From: Minisyncoccota bacterium
Lineage (GTDB): Bacteria > Patescibacteriota > Minisyncoccia > Phycocordibacterales > UBA9973
NCBI GenBank assembly: GCA_041659205.1
Contig: JBAZYS010000001.1
Span: 123,166 to 187,165, forward strand
Direction: 5' to 3'
Length of the DNA: 64,000 bases
The notes beneath the pieces are model-generated. The model had not been told where the DNA came from, ran no database searches, and saw only the letters and a program-made list of their open reading frames with translations. Each line of letters starts with the position of its first letter. Position 1 is the first letter of the stretch. Positions 44,813 through 54,244 of this stretch are shown piece by piece. The translations under genes and the position numbers were made by a program.

Positions 44813-45808
44813 TTAGAGTTTTTCTGCTTTGTAGCTTTCAGGAGCCTTAGACAAATATTCCTCTAGTTTTTCTTTTGAAAGGAGTCCTTTTTGAGCACCA
44901 ATTTCTTGAACCACAGACATAGAATTTATGGGTGCCCAAGCGAAGGCTTCAAGTGGAGTTTTACCTAAAGCTAGTGCTGCAGTAAATGTGGAAGAAAAAG
45001 CATCTCCAGCCCCAGTACGGTCTAGAGGAGGAGCGATGTCAGGATATACTGGCATGTGATAGAGTTCATCATTCAAATACAGATAAGCACCATTTGGCCC
45101 GTCAGAAATTACAACTATTTTAGGACCTAAAGCTTGCATCCCTTTCGATAAAGTTAAGATGTCATTGCTGGGTATACCAAGAATCTTTTCAGCTTCTTCC
45201 ATATTACAGAAAAATATTTCGGTTCTACTATAAATGTCTTTTAATTTTTCTGCACCTAGTTTTATCTGGAAAGTTCCTGGTTGGAAAGCGAGCTTTGTTT
45301 CGGGATGATTTTTTAAATATTCTGCTATTTCTAAATGGTAATCTAGGGAATTTTCTGCGAGGGAACTCAAGTATATCCAGCCAACTTTTTCTATTTTTGG
45401 GAATTTATAATTAAATTTTTCATGTTTGATTAATATTGTACGGTCAACATTGTACCAGAGTACATAATGATAGTTTGTATTTTTATCTTTTTCGATTGTG
45501 ACATAGTCGGTGATGACATTGTCATTTTTTAAACTAACTATGCAATCTTCTCCATTTTTATCATTTCCGATATTTGTAATGACGGCGGAGCGCAGACCAA
45601 GTCTAGCAGCTGACACAGCAGCATTTGGACTATTTCCTACTGCGGGAACAATGGTGACAGATTCATAAGGAACCTTGTCTCCGAAACGGACACAAAGTTC
45701 ACGTGTGCCGTGGTCCAACATTTCTTCTGCATCTTTTAGTCGTATAAAAGCATCTATGACAATATCCCCAATTGCTAGGAAATCTATTTTATTTTCATTA
45801 GTAGTCAT
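44813..45808 (-). CDS. PfkB-family (ribokinase-like) carbohydrate kinase.
   Basis: The C-terminal GAGDAF motif and the N-terminal di-glycine region LAIGDIVIDAF are present. A leaderless TGcTACAAT box lies at 45815-45823 (rc). Confidence 0.8.
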   Translation of the reverse strand: MTTNENKIDFLAIGDIVIDAFIRLKDAEEMLDHGTRELCVRFGDKVPYESVTIVPAVGNSPNAAVSAARLGLRSAVITNIGNDKNGEDCIVSLKNDNVITDYVTIEKDKNTNYHYVLWYNVDRTILIKHEKFNYKFPKIEKVGWIYLSSLAENSLDYHLEIAEYLKNHPETKLAFQPGTFQIKLGAEKLKDIYSRTEIFFCNMEEAEKILGIPSNDILTLSKGMQALGPKIVVISDGPNGAYLYLNDELYHMPVYPDIAPPLDRTGAGDAFSSTFTAALALGKTPLEAFAWAPINSMSVVQEIGAQKGLLSKEKLEEYLSKAPESYKAEKL

Positions 45809-45851
45809 GATAATATTGTAGCATATTATAAAATATTAAAAAATTTTCATA

Positions 45852-47297
45852 ATGAAGAAATCAATTTCGGTTTTTGTGTTGGTTTTTTTCTTTTTAGTGG
45901 TTCATCCAGCTTTTGCTAGTTTAAGTATTAATGAGATAAATTATGATTTATCTGGTTCGGATTCTACGAGTAGCAAGGCTCGAGAATGGGTGGAAATTTA
46001 TAATCCTGGTCCCACAGATGTTTCCATTGATGCTACTAAATGGAGATTTTATGATGGAGGAGGGAATAGGACAATAAACGGTGAAGTAGATTTTTCTATT
46101 CCTGCTAATAGTTATGTTATTTTTGCTGGAGACAAAGATACATTTCTTGCGGATCATTCTGGTTTTGGAGGATTAGTTTATGATACTGGCTTTACAAGTT
46201 TAAATAATACAGGGGCGACACTAAAAATTTTAGACCAAGATGGAAATTCTGTCGATGAAGTTAGTTATACATCTTCACAGGGCGGAGCAGGAGATGGAAA
46301 TACTTTGCAAAAAATATCAGGTTCATGGGGTGGCGCAATACCGACACCTGGAATAGCAAATGAAGCTGTCTCTACACCACCCCCTGCTTCTTCTTCAGGT
46401 GGTGGCGGAAGTTCTAACTTATCTACTGCCAATACATCCACAACAGAAACAAAAATAAAAGTAGTTGAAATTCCTAAAATTAAAACTCAAATATTCACCC
46501 AAAATCTTGGTTATGTTAATTTGCCAATTGTTTTTGATGTGATGACTTTAGGATACAGTGGGGAGCAATTACATTATGGAAAATATTATTGGAATTTTGG
46601 CGATGGTGATTCTAAAGAAATACAATTAAATAATAGTAGCAAATTTGCCCATACTTATTTTTATCCTGGAGATTACGTTGTTTCTCTTTCTTATTATTCA
46701 AATTATTACTCAGACAACATAGACGCCTCAGCGCAAAGTACTATAAAAATAGTTGAAGCTGATGTTGTGATATCTAGAGTGGGCGATGAAAAAGATTTTT
46801 TTATTGAGCTATCAAACAATACTGACTACAGTGCTGATCTTTCAAATTGGTCTCTATCGTCTGATAATAAAAGTTTTACAATTCCACGAAATACTATTTT
46901 GGCATCGAAAAAGAAAATGATTATTTCTCCAAAAATTACTGGTTTTATTATAACCGATAAAGATAGTTTAAAATTAATAAATTCAAATATGGAAGTCGTG
47001 TTTGATCATGCTGTTCCTTTAGTTAGGCAAGATTTAATAGTAACTGCAAAAACGGACGTTGGACGTCCGACTGTAATTTCTACGGTAGAAGATATTGCTT
47101 CACCAATTGTTCCATTAGAAAATCTTGGAGCCAATGTATTGCAGAGTGATGCATTGGAAAATAATTCAGATAACACATATTGGCCTATAATTTTTACAGT
47201 TATTTTGGCGGGAGTTGGAGCGGGAGGAGTTTATTTTATCCGTCAGAAAAGGGTTATTCCTGGAGAGGGGGAAGATTTTGAAATTTTAGATGAGTAG
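45852..47297 (+). CDS. Secreted lamin-tail-domain (LTD) plus PKD-domain protein with a C-terminal TM anchor.
   Basis: It has a signal peptide. INEINYD...EWVEIYNPG..V.I..W matches the LTD pattern and YYWNFGDGDS matches the PKD WxFGDG motif. The C-terminal helix is YWPIIFTVILAGVGAGGVYFIRQKR. Confidence 0.7.
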   Translation: MKKSISVFVLVFFFLVVHPAFASLSINEINYDLSGSDSTSSKAREWVEIYNPGPTDVSIDATKWRFYDGGGNRTINGEVDFSIPANSYVIFAGDKDTFLADHSGFGGLVYDTGFTSLNNTGATLKILDQDGNSVDEVSYTSSQGGAGDGNTLQKISGSWGGAIPTPGIANEAVSTPPPASSSGGGGSSNLSTANTSTTETKIKVVEIPKIKTQIFTQNLGYVNLPIVFDVMTLGYSGEQLHYGKYYWNFGDGDSKEIQLNNSSKFAHTYFYPGDYVVSLSYYSNYYSDNIDASAQSTIKIVEADVVISRVGDEKDFFIELSNNTDYSADLSNWSLSSDNKSFTIPRNTILASKKKMIISPKITGFIITDKDSLKLINSNMEVVFDHAVPLVRQDLIVTAKTDVGRPTVISTVEDIASPIVPLENLGANVLQSDALENNSDNTYWPIIFTVILAGVGAGGVYFIRQKRVIPGEGEDFEILDE

Positions 47298-47372
47298 CAG
47301 CATTTTACTATATTAGTTATCCACATAGATATATTTTTCTAGGGTGTTTTTTGATATAATACAATAGTTATC

Positions 47373-50300
47373 GTGAATAAAATGTTAAACAAAAAGACTT
47401 TTAGTTTATTTCTAAAAAAGTTGTTACTTTTAGGTTTTTCTGTGTTTGTAATTTTCTCATTTGCTACTCCTACTTTTGCATTTAATCCTTTTACATATAT
47501 TATCGATACTATAAGTAATTTTATAAATCCTCCAGCCCCTACAGTTCCTATCACTCCTCCTATCTCAAAGCCAGCAGTTAAATCGACAACTGTAAAAAAA
47601 GTTACACCTCCAGTTGTAGTTCCTCCTTCAGAGATAAATACACCACCAGTAAGAACAATAACAGTGCAAGGTCCCGCAGGTCCAAGAGGTCCAGCTGGTC
47701 CACAGGGTGCACAAGGTCCAGCCGGACCAGCAGGACAAACGATAATGTCTCAACCTTCTAGTTACACACCTATACCTGTCAGCTATGCAAATATCGGTAT
47801 TATTCAAGCTAACCCAGCGACCAACTTCGGTGGTAGTAGTATTTTTTCTGCGACAGATTTATCTTCAAGTCACTTCACTACCAATACTGCAAAAGTGACA
47901 GATCTAACTGTAACCGGGAGTTCAACCTTAGGAGCTTTAAATATTGTTGGAAATTCCACTCTCACGGGTAATTTAAATGTTACTGGAAATTCCATTCTTA
48001 CTGGAAACTTAAATGTAACTGGTGCAATCACTGGTTCAATTAACCCAAGTCTTACCCTCGGTTCGGTTTATTTTCAAGGAGCAAGTGGAATGACCGAAGA
48101 TAATGCAAACTTTTTTTATGATGAGACGAACCATAGATTAGGGTTGGGAACAGTTACCCCGACTTCTAAATTGGAAATAAATAGTACAGCAGCACCAACA
48201 GGTGCTGAGCTCATTACGAATGGAACATTTACTGGAGGTACAACGGGGTGGACGTTAGGAACTGACGTTGCTTATGGAACAAATAATGTCATAAGTACAT
48301 ATAATGGAGGTGATCCAAGTATTTCTACTACTTTTGATACAGTTTCAGGAAATACATATATTTTTACATTTGTAGTATCGAATGCGAATACTTCAGGACA
48401 AATATATTTTAGCAACAATACAAGTCCTTCTAGTAATATTTTTGTAAATGGAACATACAGTGTTATTTTTCAAGCTAATTTTACAGGTACAGATACTGTA
48501 AATTTTAATGATATTAGTTTTGTTGTCGGAGATACTTGGACAATTGATAATGTTTCGATAAAGCAAACAAATATATCTCCTGCGCTAAAAATTATTGGTT
48601 ATGATGGGGCTACTTGGTTTTCTTTGGGTTCAGATATATTAGGCAATATTGCGTTGGGTAGTTCAGCGCTTTCTTCTAATACTGTAGGTTATGGGAATAC
48701 AGCTACTGGATATCAATCTCTTTTTTCTAATACAACAGGACGTGACAATACAGCTTTAGGGAATAAAGCACTTTATTCTAACACTACAGGTATTAGAAAT
48801 ACAGCAATCGGACAGAATTCCTTAACTTTCAATACAACAGGTCAAGACAATACTGCAACAGGAAGGGAAACTTTAAAATATAACACAACAGGGAGGTATA
48901 ATACTGCAAATGGTTTGTATGCTCTTACTTTCAACACAACTGGTCAAAACAATACTGCAGTTGGTATTCATGCTCTTTATTCAAATACGATAGGTTCTAA
49001 CAATACTGCTAGTGGTAATTCTACGCTTAACTCAAATACTACTGGATATTACAATACTGCCCAGGGTTCCTTGGCCCTTTATGATTTAACTGGTGAGGCT
49101 GCTGTGACTGCTGGGTCATTTAATGTTGGAACAGAATACACAATTGAAACTTTAGGAGATACAGATTTTACTCTTGTTGGTGCTGGAATTAATGCTGTTG
49201 GAGAAATATTTACAGCTACCGATGTTGGTTCTGGTACAGGTACGGCTACTTTAAATACTGGAAATAACACTGCGCTTGGTTACAATACAGGAAGAGGAAT
49301 TGTTACCGGAATAAACAATACAATAATCGGAGCAAATGTTACGGGGCTTGATGCTGCTCTTTCTGGTAATATTATTATTGCTGACGGTCAAGGAAATAGA
49401 AGAATAAATGTGGATAGTTTAGGTAAAGTAGGTATCGGTACAACAACACCTACTGCTAAATTGGAAATAAGTGGTACAGCAACACCAACAGGTGCTGAGC
49501 TCATTACGAATGGAACATTTACAGGGAGCGCAGTTGGGTGGACATTAGGAACTGATGTTGTGTTTAACGCAGGGACTGATAATGTAACGAGTACTTATGC
49601 AGGTGGTGATCCAAATATTTCCACGACATTTGAAACTGTAGCAGGAAATACATATCTTCTTACTTTTACAGTCTCAAGTGCAAATGCTCCAATGTATTTT
49701 TTCCTTAGTAATTTCTTTAATTATTTTTCAGGTCCATTCGTAAATGGTACACATACTGTTGCTTTTCAGACTGATTTTACCGGGACAGAGACAATAAACT
49801 TTTCTAATTCCAATAATGTTGTAACTGATGCTTTTACGCTTGATGATGTTTCAATCAGACAAACAACCCTATTGTCTCCTGGTTTAAAAGTTATTGGTTA
49901 TGATGGGAATACATGGCTTTCTGTTGGTGGGGATATTTTAGGGAATACTGCGTTAGGTAATTCATCATTAACTTCTAACACCACGGGTAAAAATAATACT
50001 GCAAATGGTTTACGGGCCCTTTATTCTAATACTATTGGTGATTTTAATACTGCGAATGGTAAGGACGCCCTTTTTTCTAACACCGATGGTTCTGACAACA
50101 CAGCTACCGGTTTATCTGCTTTAAGATTTAATACTAATGGCTCCCAAAATACTGCCAATGGTGCGTATGCATTAAATTTTAATGATAGTGGTGGTGACAA
50201 TACTGCTAATGGTTTTGCTGCTCTCTATCGTAATACTGGAGGTGTTAATAACACCGCGAGTGGTGCTTCAGCCCTTTATTCAAATTTAGGTAGTGAAGTA

Positions 50301-52403
50301 TATCATTGGCAAACAGATTCTTATACATATACAGGTTCTTCTAACACAGCAAATGGTTCTACTGCTCTCTACTTAAATACTACAGGAAACAATAATACAG
50401 CAATTGGTGCAAATGCTCTTTCAGTAAATAGTGTTGGTTCTAGCAATGTTGCTTTGGGATATGCGGCTGGTTCATTCGAAACAGGCTCTAATGCTTTTTA
50501 TGTAAATAATATTCAACAAACTTCTTTATCTAATGATCAAAACTTTTCGCTTCTATATGGAAAATTTTCTGGAGTAGCTGGTTCTACGGTAGGTCAGCAA
50601 CTTGTAATTAACGGTAACGTTGGAATTGGGACACCAACGCCTAATAATCTTTTACAAGTAGCAGGTTTGATTGATTTTAATAATACTGATTTTGATACAA
50701 AGCTTGGATATCAGGCAGGAAATAATATTGTAGTTGGAGCTCAATATAATACTTTTGCTGGCTATCAGGCTGGATTATCTAGTGCAACGCTTAGTACGAA
50801 TGCGGCTGATTATAATAGTGCTTTTGGTTACCAAGCTTTATTTTCCAATACCACTGGTTTACTCAATACAACTATTGGTGCTTTTTCTCTTACTGCCAAT
50901 ACTTCTGGTATATCCAATACGGCAAGTGGCGTAAACTCGCTTTTAGCTAATACCACAGGTTCTTCCAACGTAGCTTATGGTAAAGATTCATTTAGAAATA
51001 ACACTACTGGTTCAAGCAATACTGTTATTGGTTATAATTCAGGATTAGGAATTACAACCGGTGATAACAATACGATTATTGGTGCCAACGTAGGTCAGCT
51101 TTTAGCTGGGCTTTCTAATAATATTATTATTGCTGACGGTCAAGGAAATAGAAGAATAAATGTAAATAGTGTAGGGAATGTCGGTATTGGTAATATAAAT
51201 TCAGCAACTCTTTTTTCCGTTACTCCTACTCAGTATAGTACAGGTACGGCTGGGCAATCTCTAACTACAATTACAGGCATAGGAACGACATTTACTTCTG
51301 CGATGGTGGGCTCACAGTTTGTTTTTGCTGACGGCACAAATGCAGGTACGATTACAGCATTTACTGATACGACCCATCTCACTGTTTCTACTTCCCAAAC
51401 AGTTTCATCATTTCAGGCTTTTAAAATTGGATATACTGGTTTACAAGTAGGGAGTACAGGAAATATCGGTATTGGAACGACGTCTCCATCCAACGTCCTT
51501 CATGTCACAGGGGCACCAGCTACTGGCACAGCAGTTGCGAGAATAGCAAATACTCTTGCAGGAACAACTCAAAATAATGGACTTTTAATTTTAGCCGGAA
51601 ATGACACAGGCGTAGCTGCTTCAGAATTAATTACTTTTCAGAGGCCTGATGCTACTGTTATCGGAAGTATTTCTCAAACTGCAGCTGCTGCAATTGCGTA
51701 TAACTCAGGTTCAGATCTACGAATTAAAGATAACATTGTACCTACAGTCTATGGTCTATCAGACTTAATGAAAATAAAAGTAGACGACTTTACTTTTATC
51801 AGTGATATAAACAAACAAAAGATGACAGGTTTCATCGCTCAGGAATTAAAAGATATTTATCCTGGAGCTGTTACCACTAACGGTGACAATGGTACAGATG
51901 CGCTTGCCCTTGGCATGACTCCATGGATGATAGATTATTCCAAGCTTACTCCGCTCATCGTGAAAGCAGTACAAGATTTAAATCTAAGCATAGATGCAGT
52001 TACAGGAACTGTCACTCCAGTTACTGGCTCACCAGCAGAAACTTTTATGACAGCATTCTTTAATAATATTTATTCCAAGGTAGGAGCATGGCTTGCAGAT
52101 GCAGGGAATAGTGTCACAGATATTTTCGCAAATACATTTCATGCTAAAGATAAATTGTGTATCAACAATACTTGTGTGACTGAAGCAGAACTGCAAGCAC
52201 TTTTACAAAATTATGGAACGTCGGCATCTACTCCTACTCCTGCACCCGTAGTTCCAACTTGTACAACTACTCAAACTTTGGTAAATAATGTTTGCGTGGA
52301 TTCTGCACCTGCACCTATGCCAGCCCCAGACCCAATTCCAGCACCGGCTCCTGACCCAGTTCCTGCTCCCACACCTGACCCTACTCCTGCCCCAGTTATT
52401 TAG
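47373..52403 (+). CDS. Giant (1676 aa) secreted collagen-like / tail-fibre-like protein with a C-terminal peptidase-S74 intramolecular-chaperone auto-processing domain.
   Basis: It has a signal peptide, a Pro-rich spacer and a collagen G-X-Y run (GPAGPRGPAGPQGAQGPAGPAGQ, about 47671-47736). NTA(T/N)G..AL..NTTG repeats are present. An internal ~400-aa duplicated lectin/CBM-like module (ELITNGTFTG..GWTLGTDV) occurs twice. The C-terminus SDLRIKDNIVP...MTGFIAQELKDIYPGAV (about 51705-52000) matches the S74 consensus S-D-x-R-x-K...GFIAQE. The protein ends in a Pro-rich tail. The track start at 47373 is GTG and the first ATG is at 47382. The extended -10 tgaTATAAT lies at 47352-47360. Confidence 0.75.
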   Translation: MNKMLNKKTFSLFLKKLLLLGFSVFVIFSFATPTFAFNPFTYIIDTISNFINPPAPTVPITPPISKPAVKSTTVKKVTPPVVVPPSEINTPPVRTITVQGPAGPRGPAGPQGAQGPAGPAGQTIMSQPSSYTPIPVSYANIGIIQANPATNFGGSSIFSATDLSSSHFTTNTAKVTDLTVTGSSTLGALNIVGNSTLTGNLNVTGNSILTGNLNVTGAITGSINPSLTLGSVYFQGASGMTEDNANFFYDETNHRLGLGTVTPTSKLEINSTAAPTGAELITNGTFTGGTTGWTLGTDVAYGTNNVISTYNGGDPSISTTFDTVSGNTYIFTFVVSNANTSGQIYFSNNTSPSSNIFVNGTYSVIFQANFTGTDTVNFNDISFVVGDTWTIDNVSIKQTNISPALKIIGYDGATWFSLGSDILGNIALGSSALSSNTVGYGNTATGYQSLFSNTTGRDNTALGNKALYSNTTGIRNTAIGQNSLTFNTTGQDNTATGRETLKYNTTGRYNTANGLYALTFNTTGQNNTAVGIHALYSNTIGSNNTASGNSTLNSNTTGYYNTAQGSLALYDLTGEAAVTAGSFNVGTEYTIETLGDTDFTLVGAGINAVGEIFTATDVGSGTGTATLNTGNNTALGYNTGRGIVTGINNTIIGANVTGLDAALSGNIIIADGQGNRRINVDSLGKVGIGTTTPTAKLEISGTATPTGAELITNGTFTGSAVGWTLGTDVVFNAGTDNVTSTYAGGDPNISTTFETVAGNTYLLTFTVSSANAPMYFFLSNFFNYFSGPFVNGTHTVAFQTDFTGTETINFSNSNNVVTDAFTLDDVSIRQTTLLSPGLKVIGYDGNTWLSVGGDILGNTALGNSSLTSNTTGKNNTANGLRALYSNTIGDFNTANGKDALFSNTDGSDNTATGLSALRFNTNGSQNTANGAYALNFNDSGGDNTANGFAALYRNTGGVNNTASGASALYSNLGSEVYHWQTDSYTYTGSSNTANGSTALYLNTTGNNNTAIGANALSVNSVGSSNVALGYAAGSFETGSNAFYVNNIQQTSLSNDQNFSLLYGKFSGVAGSTVGQQLVINGNVGIGTPTPNNLLQVAGLIDFNNTDFDTKLGYQAGNNIVVGAQYNTFAGYQAGLSSATLSTNAADYNSAFGYQALFSNTTGLLNTTIGAFSLTANTSGISNTASGVNSLLANTTGSSNVAYGKDSFRNNTTGSSNTVIGYNSGLGITTGDNNTIIGANVGQLLAGLSNNIIIADGQGNRRINVNSVGNVGIGNINSATLFSVTPTQYSTGTAGQSLTTITGIGTTFTSAMVGSQFVFADGTNAGTITAFTDTTHLTVSTSQTVSSFQAFKIGYTGLQVGSTGNIGIGTTSPSNVLHVTGAPATGTAVARIANTLAGTTQNNGLLILAGNDTGVAASELITFQRPDATVIGSISQTAAAAIAYNSGSDLRIKDNIVPTVYGLSDLMKIKVDDFTFISDINKQKMTGFIAQELKDIYPGAVTTNGDNGTDALALGMTPWMIDYSKLTPLIVKAVQDLNLSIDAVTGTVTPVTGSPAETFMTAFFNNIYSKVGAWLADAGNSVTDIFANTFHAKDKLCINNTCVTEAELQALLQNYGTSASTPTPAPVVPTCTTTQTLVNNVCVDSAPAPMPAPDPIPAPAPDPVPAPTPDPTPAPVI

Positions 52404-52457
52404 GGCAACATAACTAATTTTAATATTCAATTAAGGCTTTGAAATAAGGGTTTTTTG

Positions 52458-52466
52458 TGTTATAAT
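52458..52466 (+). promoter_or_regulatory. Extended -10 TGtTATAAT 6 nt upstream of the ATG at 52473 (leaderless). This supports 52473 rather than 52455 as the ABC gene start.
   Basis: The context is tgtTATAATtgcgaaATG. Confidence 0.5.
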
Positions 52467-52472
52467 TGCGAA

Positions 52473-54230
52473 ATGTTCGTGAAAAAGCTTTTTCATCATA
52501 TTTGGCCACAGATTAATAAATACAAATGGTCTTTTTATCTGACATTTGTTTTTTATGCTATTAGAATATTTTTTGGATCTGTTCTTAATGTTTATTTTTT
52601 CAAGAAAATAATTGATGTCATGTCCAATCCTTCTTTTTCGAGGGAGGTTTTAGCTGCGCAGCTTATTTATCTTGTTATTTTAAATATTTTGATAATGGTT
52701 GGTGGAAATATTTTTTCTCGTCTTGGAGCTTGGAGTATTGTTTATTTTCAGAGCAATATGATGCGAGAACTTTCGGATTATTCTTTTAGACAAATAATAA
52801 AGAATTCTTACGGTTTTTTTTCTAATAATTTTTCTGGTAGCCTAGTGACCAAGTCTAGGCGCTTTGTGCGGGCCTTTGAGGTAATGCATGATACGCTTAT
52901 TTTTAATTTTTGGGGAACATTTATTGTATTAACGGGTGTTTTTATGGTTCTTTTTACGCAGGCACCATTTATTGCTTCAATCTTTTTATCCTGGGTTTTT
53001 GTTTACATTATAATTGTCTCCTTTTTCATCAAAAAAAGAATGAGCTACGATATTGCTAAGGCTGCTGCCGACTCAAGGGTTGGGGGGAGACTAGCTGATG
53101 TTTTTTCAAATGTATTTGCTCTAAAGGTTTTTTCTGCGGGAGAAAAAGAAAAAGTTTCTTTTGGTGAAGTTACTCGCAATGAAGAAGAACATCGAAATAA
53201 TTCTTGGTATTTTGGAAACAAACAAGATACTTTACAAGCAGGACTAATGACAATAATCCAAGCTTTTGTTTTGTATCTAATTATAAAACTTTGGATTGCT
53301 GGTTCTATGAATACAGGTACTGTTGTTCTGATTCAAACTTATATGATAATGATTTTTGAGAGATTGTGGGACCTTGGTAAAGCAACGACAAAATTTATGG
53401 AATCTGCTGCTGATATGAAGGAAGTCATAGATATTTTTGAAATTGTGCCAGATATTAAGGACCCAGAAGTTCCTGAGCCACTGAGGATGAAAACCGGGAA
53501 TATTGAGTTTAAAGATGTTTCTTTTGTTTATGCTTCTGGCCAACATGTTTTTAATAATTTTAATTTGAAAATAAAACCTGGGGAAAGGGTTGGTATTGTT
53601 GGTCATTCTGGTGCTGGAAAGACAACAGTTACTAAATTACTTTTAAGGTTTATCGATGTATCTTCTGGTGTGATAGAAATCGATGGACAGGATGTCCGTA
53701 CAGTTTTACAAGATGATTTAAGAAGAGTAATTTCTTATGTTCCCCAAGAGCCAATTTTATTTCACAGAAGTATTAGAGAAAATATTGCTTATGGTGAACC
53801 CGACGCCACCATCGAACAAATAATTGAGGCTGCTCAAAAAGCGCATGCGGATGAGTTTATAAAGAATTTTAAATACGGATATGATACTCTTGTCGGTGAG
53901 CGGGGAGTAAAACTTTCTGGTGGAGAAAGACAGAGAATAATAATTGCTCGTGCAATGTTGAAAAATTCTCCCGTGCTTGTGTTAGATGAAGCTACTAGTT
54001 CACTTGATAGTATTAGTGAGTCATATATCCAAAATGCTTTTAGTGAATTGATGAAAGGTAAGACAACCATTGTGATTGCCCATCGTCTTTCTACTGTGCA
54101 AAAAATGGACAGAATAATTGTCCTTGATGAAGGTGTGATTGTAGAAGATGGAACACATAAGGAATTATTAGAAAAAGGTGGTGTTTATGCCAATTTATGG
54201 AATCACCAAACAGGCGGATTTTTAAATTAA
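52473..54230 (+). CDS. ABC exporter with fused transmembrane and ATPase domains (MsbA-like half-transporter).
   Basis: There are six N-terminal TM helices. Walker A GHSGAGKTT, the signature LSGGERQR, and Walker B VLVLDEATS are all present. Confidence 0.85.
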   Translation: MFVKKLFHHIWPQINKYKWSFYLTFVFYAIRIFFGSVLNVYFFKKIIDVMSNPSFSREVLAAQLIYLVILNILIMVGGNIFSRLGAWSIVYFQSNMMRELSDYSFRQIIKNSYGFFSNNFSGSLVTKSRRFVRAFEVMHDTLIFNFWGTFIVLTGVFMVLFTQAPFIASIFLSWVFVYIIIVSFFIKKRMSYDIAKAAADSRVGGRLADVFSNVFALKVFSAGEKEKVSFGEVTRNEEEHRNNSWYFGNKQDTLQAGLMTIIQAFVLYLIIKLWIAGSMNTGTVVLIQTYMIMIFERLWDLGKATTKFMESAADMKEVIDIFEIVPDIKDPEVPEPLRMKTGNIEFKDVSFVYASGQHVFNNFNLKIKPGERVGIVGHSGAGKTTVTKLLLRFIDVSSGVIEIDGQDVRTVLQDDLRRVISYVPQEPILFHRSIRENIAYGEPDATIEQIIEAAQKAHADEFIKNFKYGYDTLVGERGVKLSGGERQRIIIARAMLKNSPVLVLDEATSSLDSISESYIQNAFSELMKGKTTIVIAHRLSTVQKMDRIIVLDEGVIVEDGTHKELLEKGGVYANLWNHQTGGFLN

Positions 54231-54244
54231 ATATTAAATAATTT

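Noticed and set aside
47373-52403. Prophage tail-fibre gene, because of the S74 intramolecular-chaperone domain.
   Set aside because: No capsid, terminase, portal, integrase or other phage genes lie within at least 20 kb on either side. The protein has a Sec signal peptide and a collagen-like region, consistent with a host-encoded surface fibre.
47373-52403. Diversity-generating retroelement acting on the duplicated lectin-like modules.
   Set aside because: No reverse-transcriptase ORF is in the window. The two module copies differ throughout and not at adenine-specific positions.
52455-52472. The ORF-track start (TTG at 52455, translated MCYNCE) for the ABC exporter.
   Set aside because: This stretch is itself the TGtTATAAT promoter box. 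The ATG at 52473, 6 nt downstream of it, fits the leaderless pattern.
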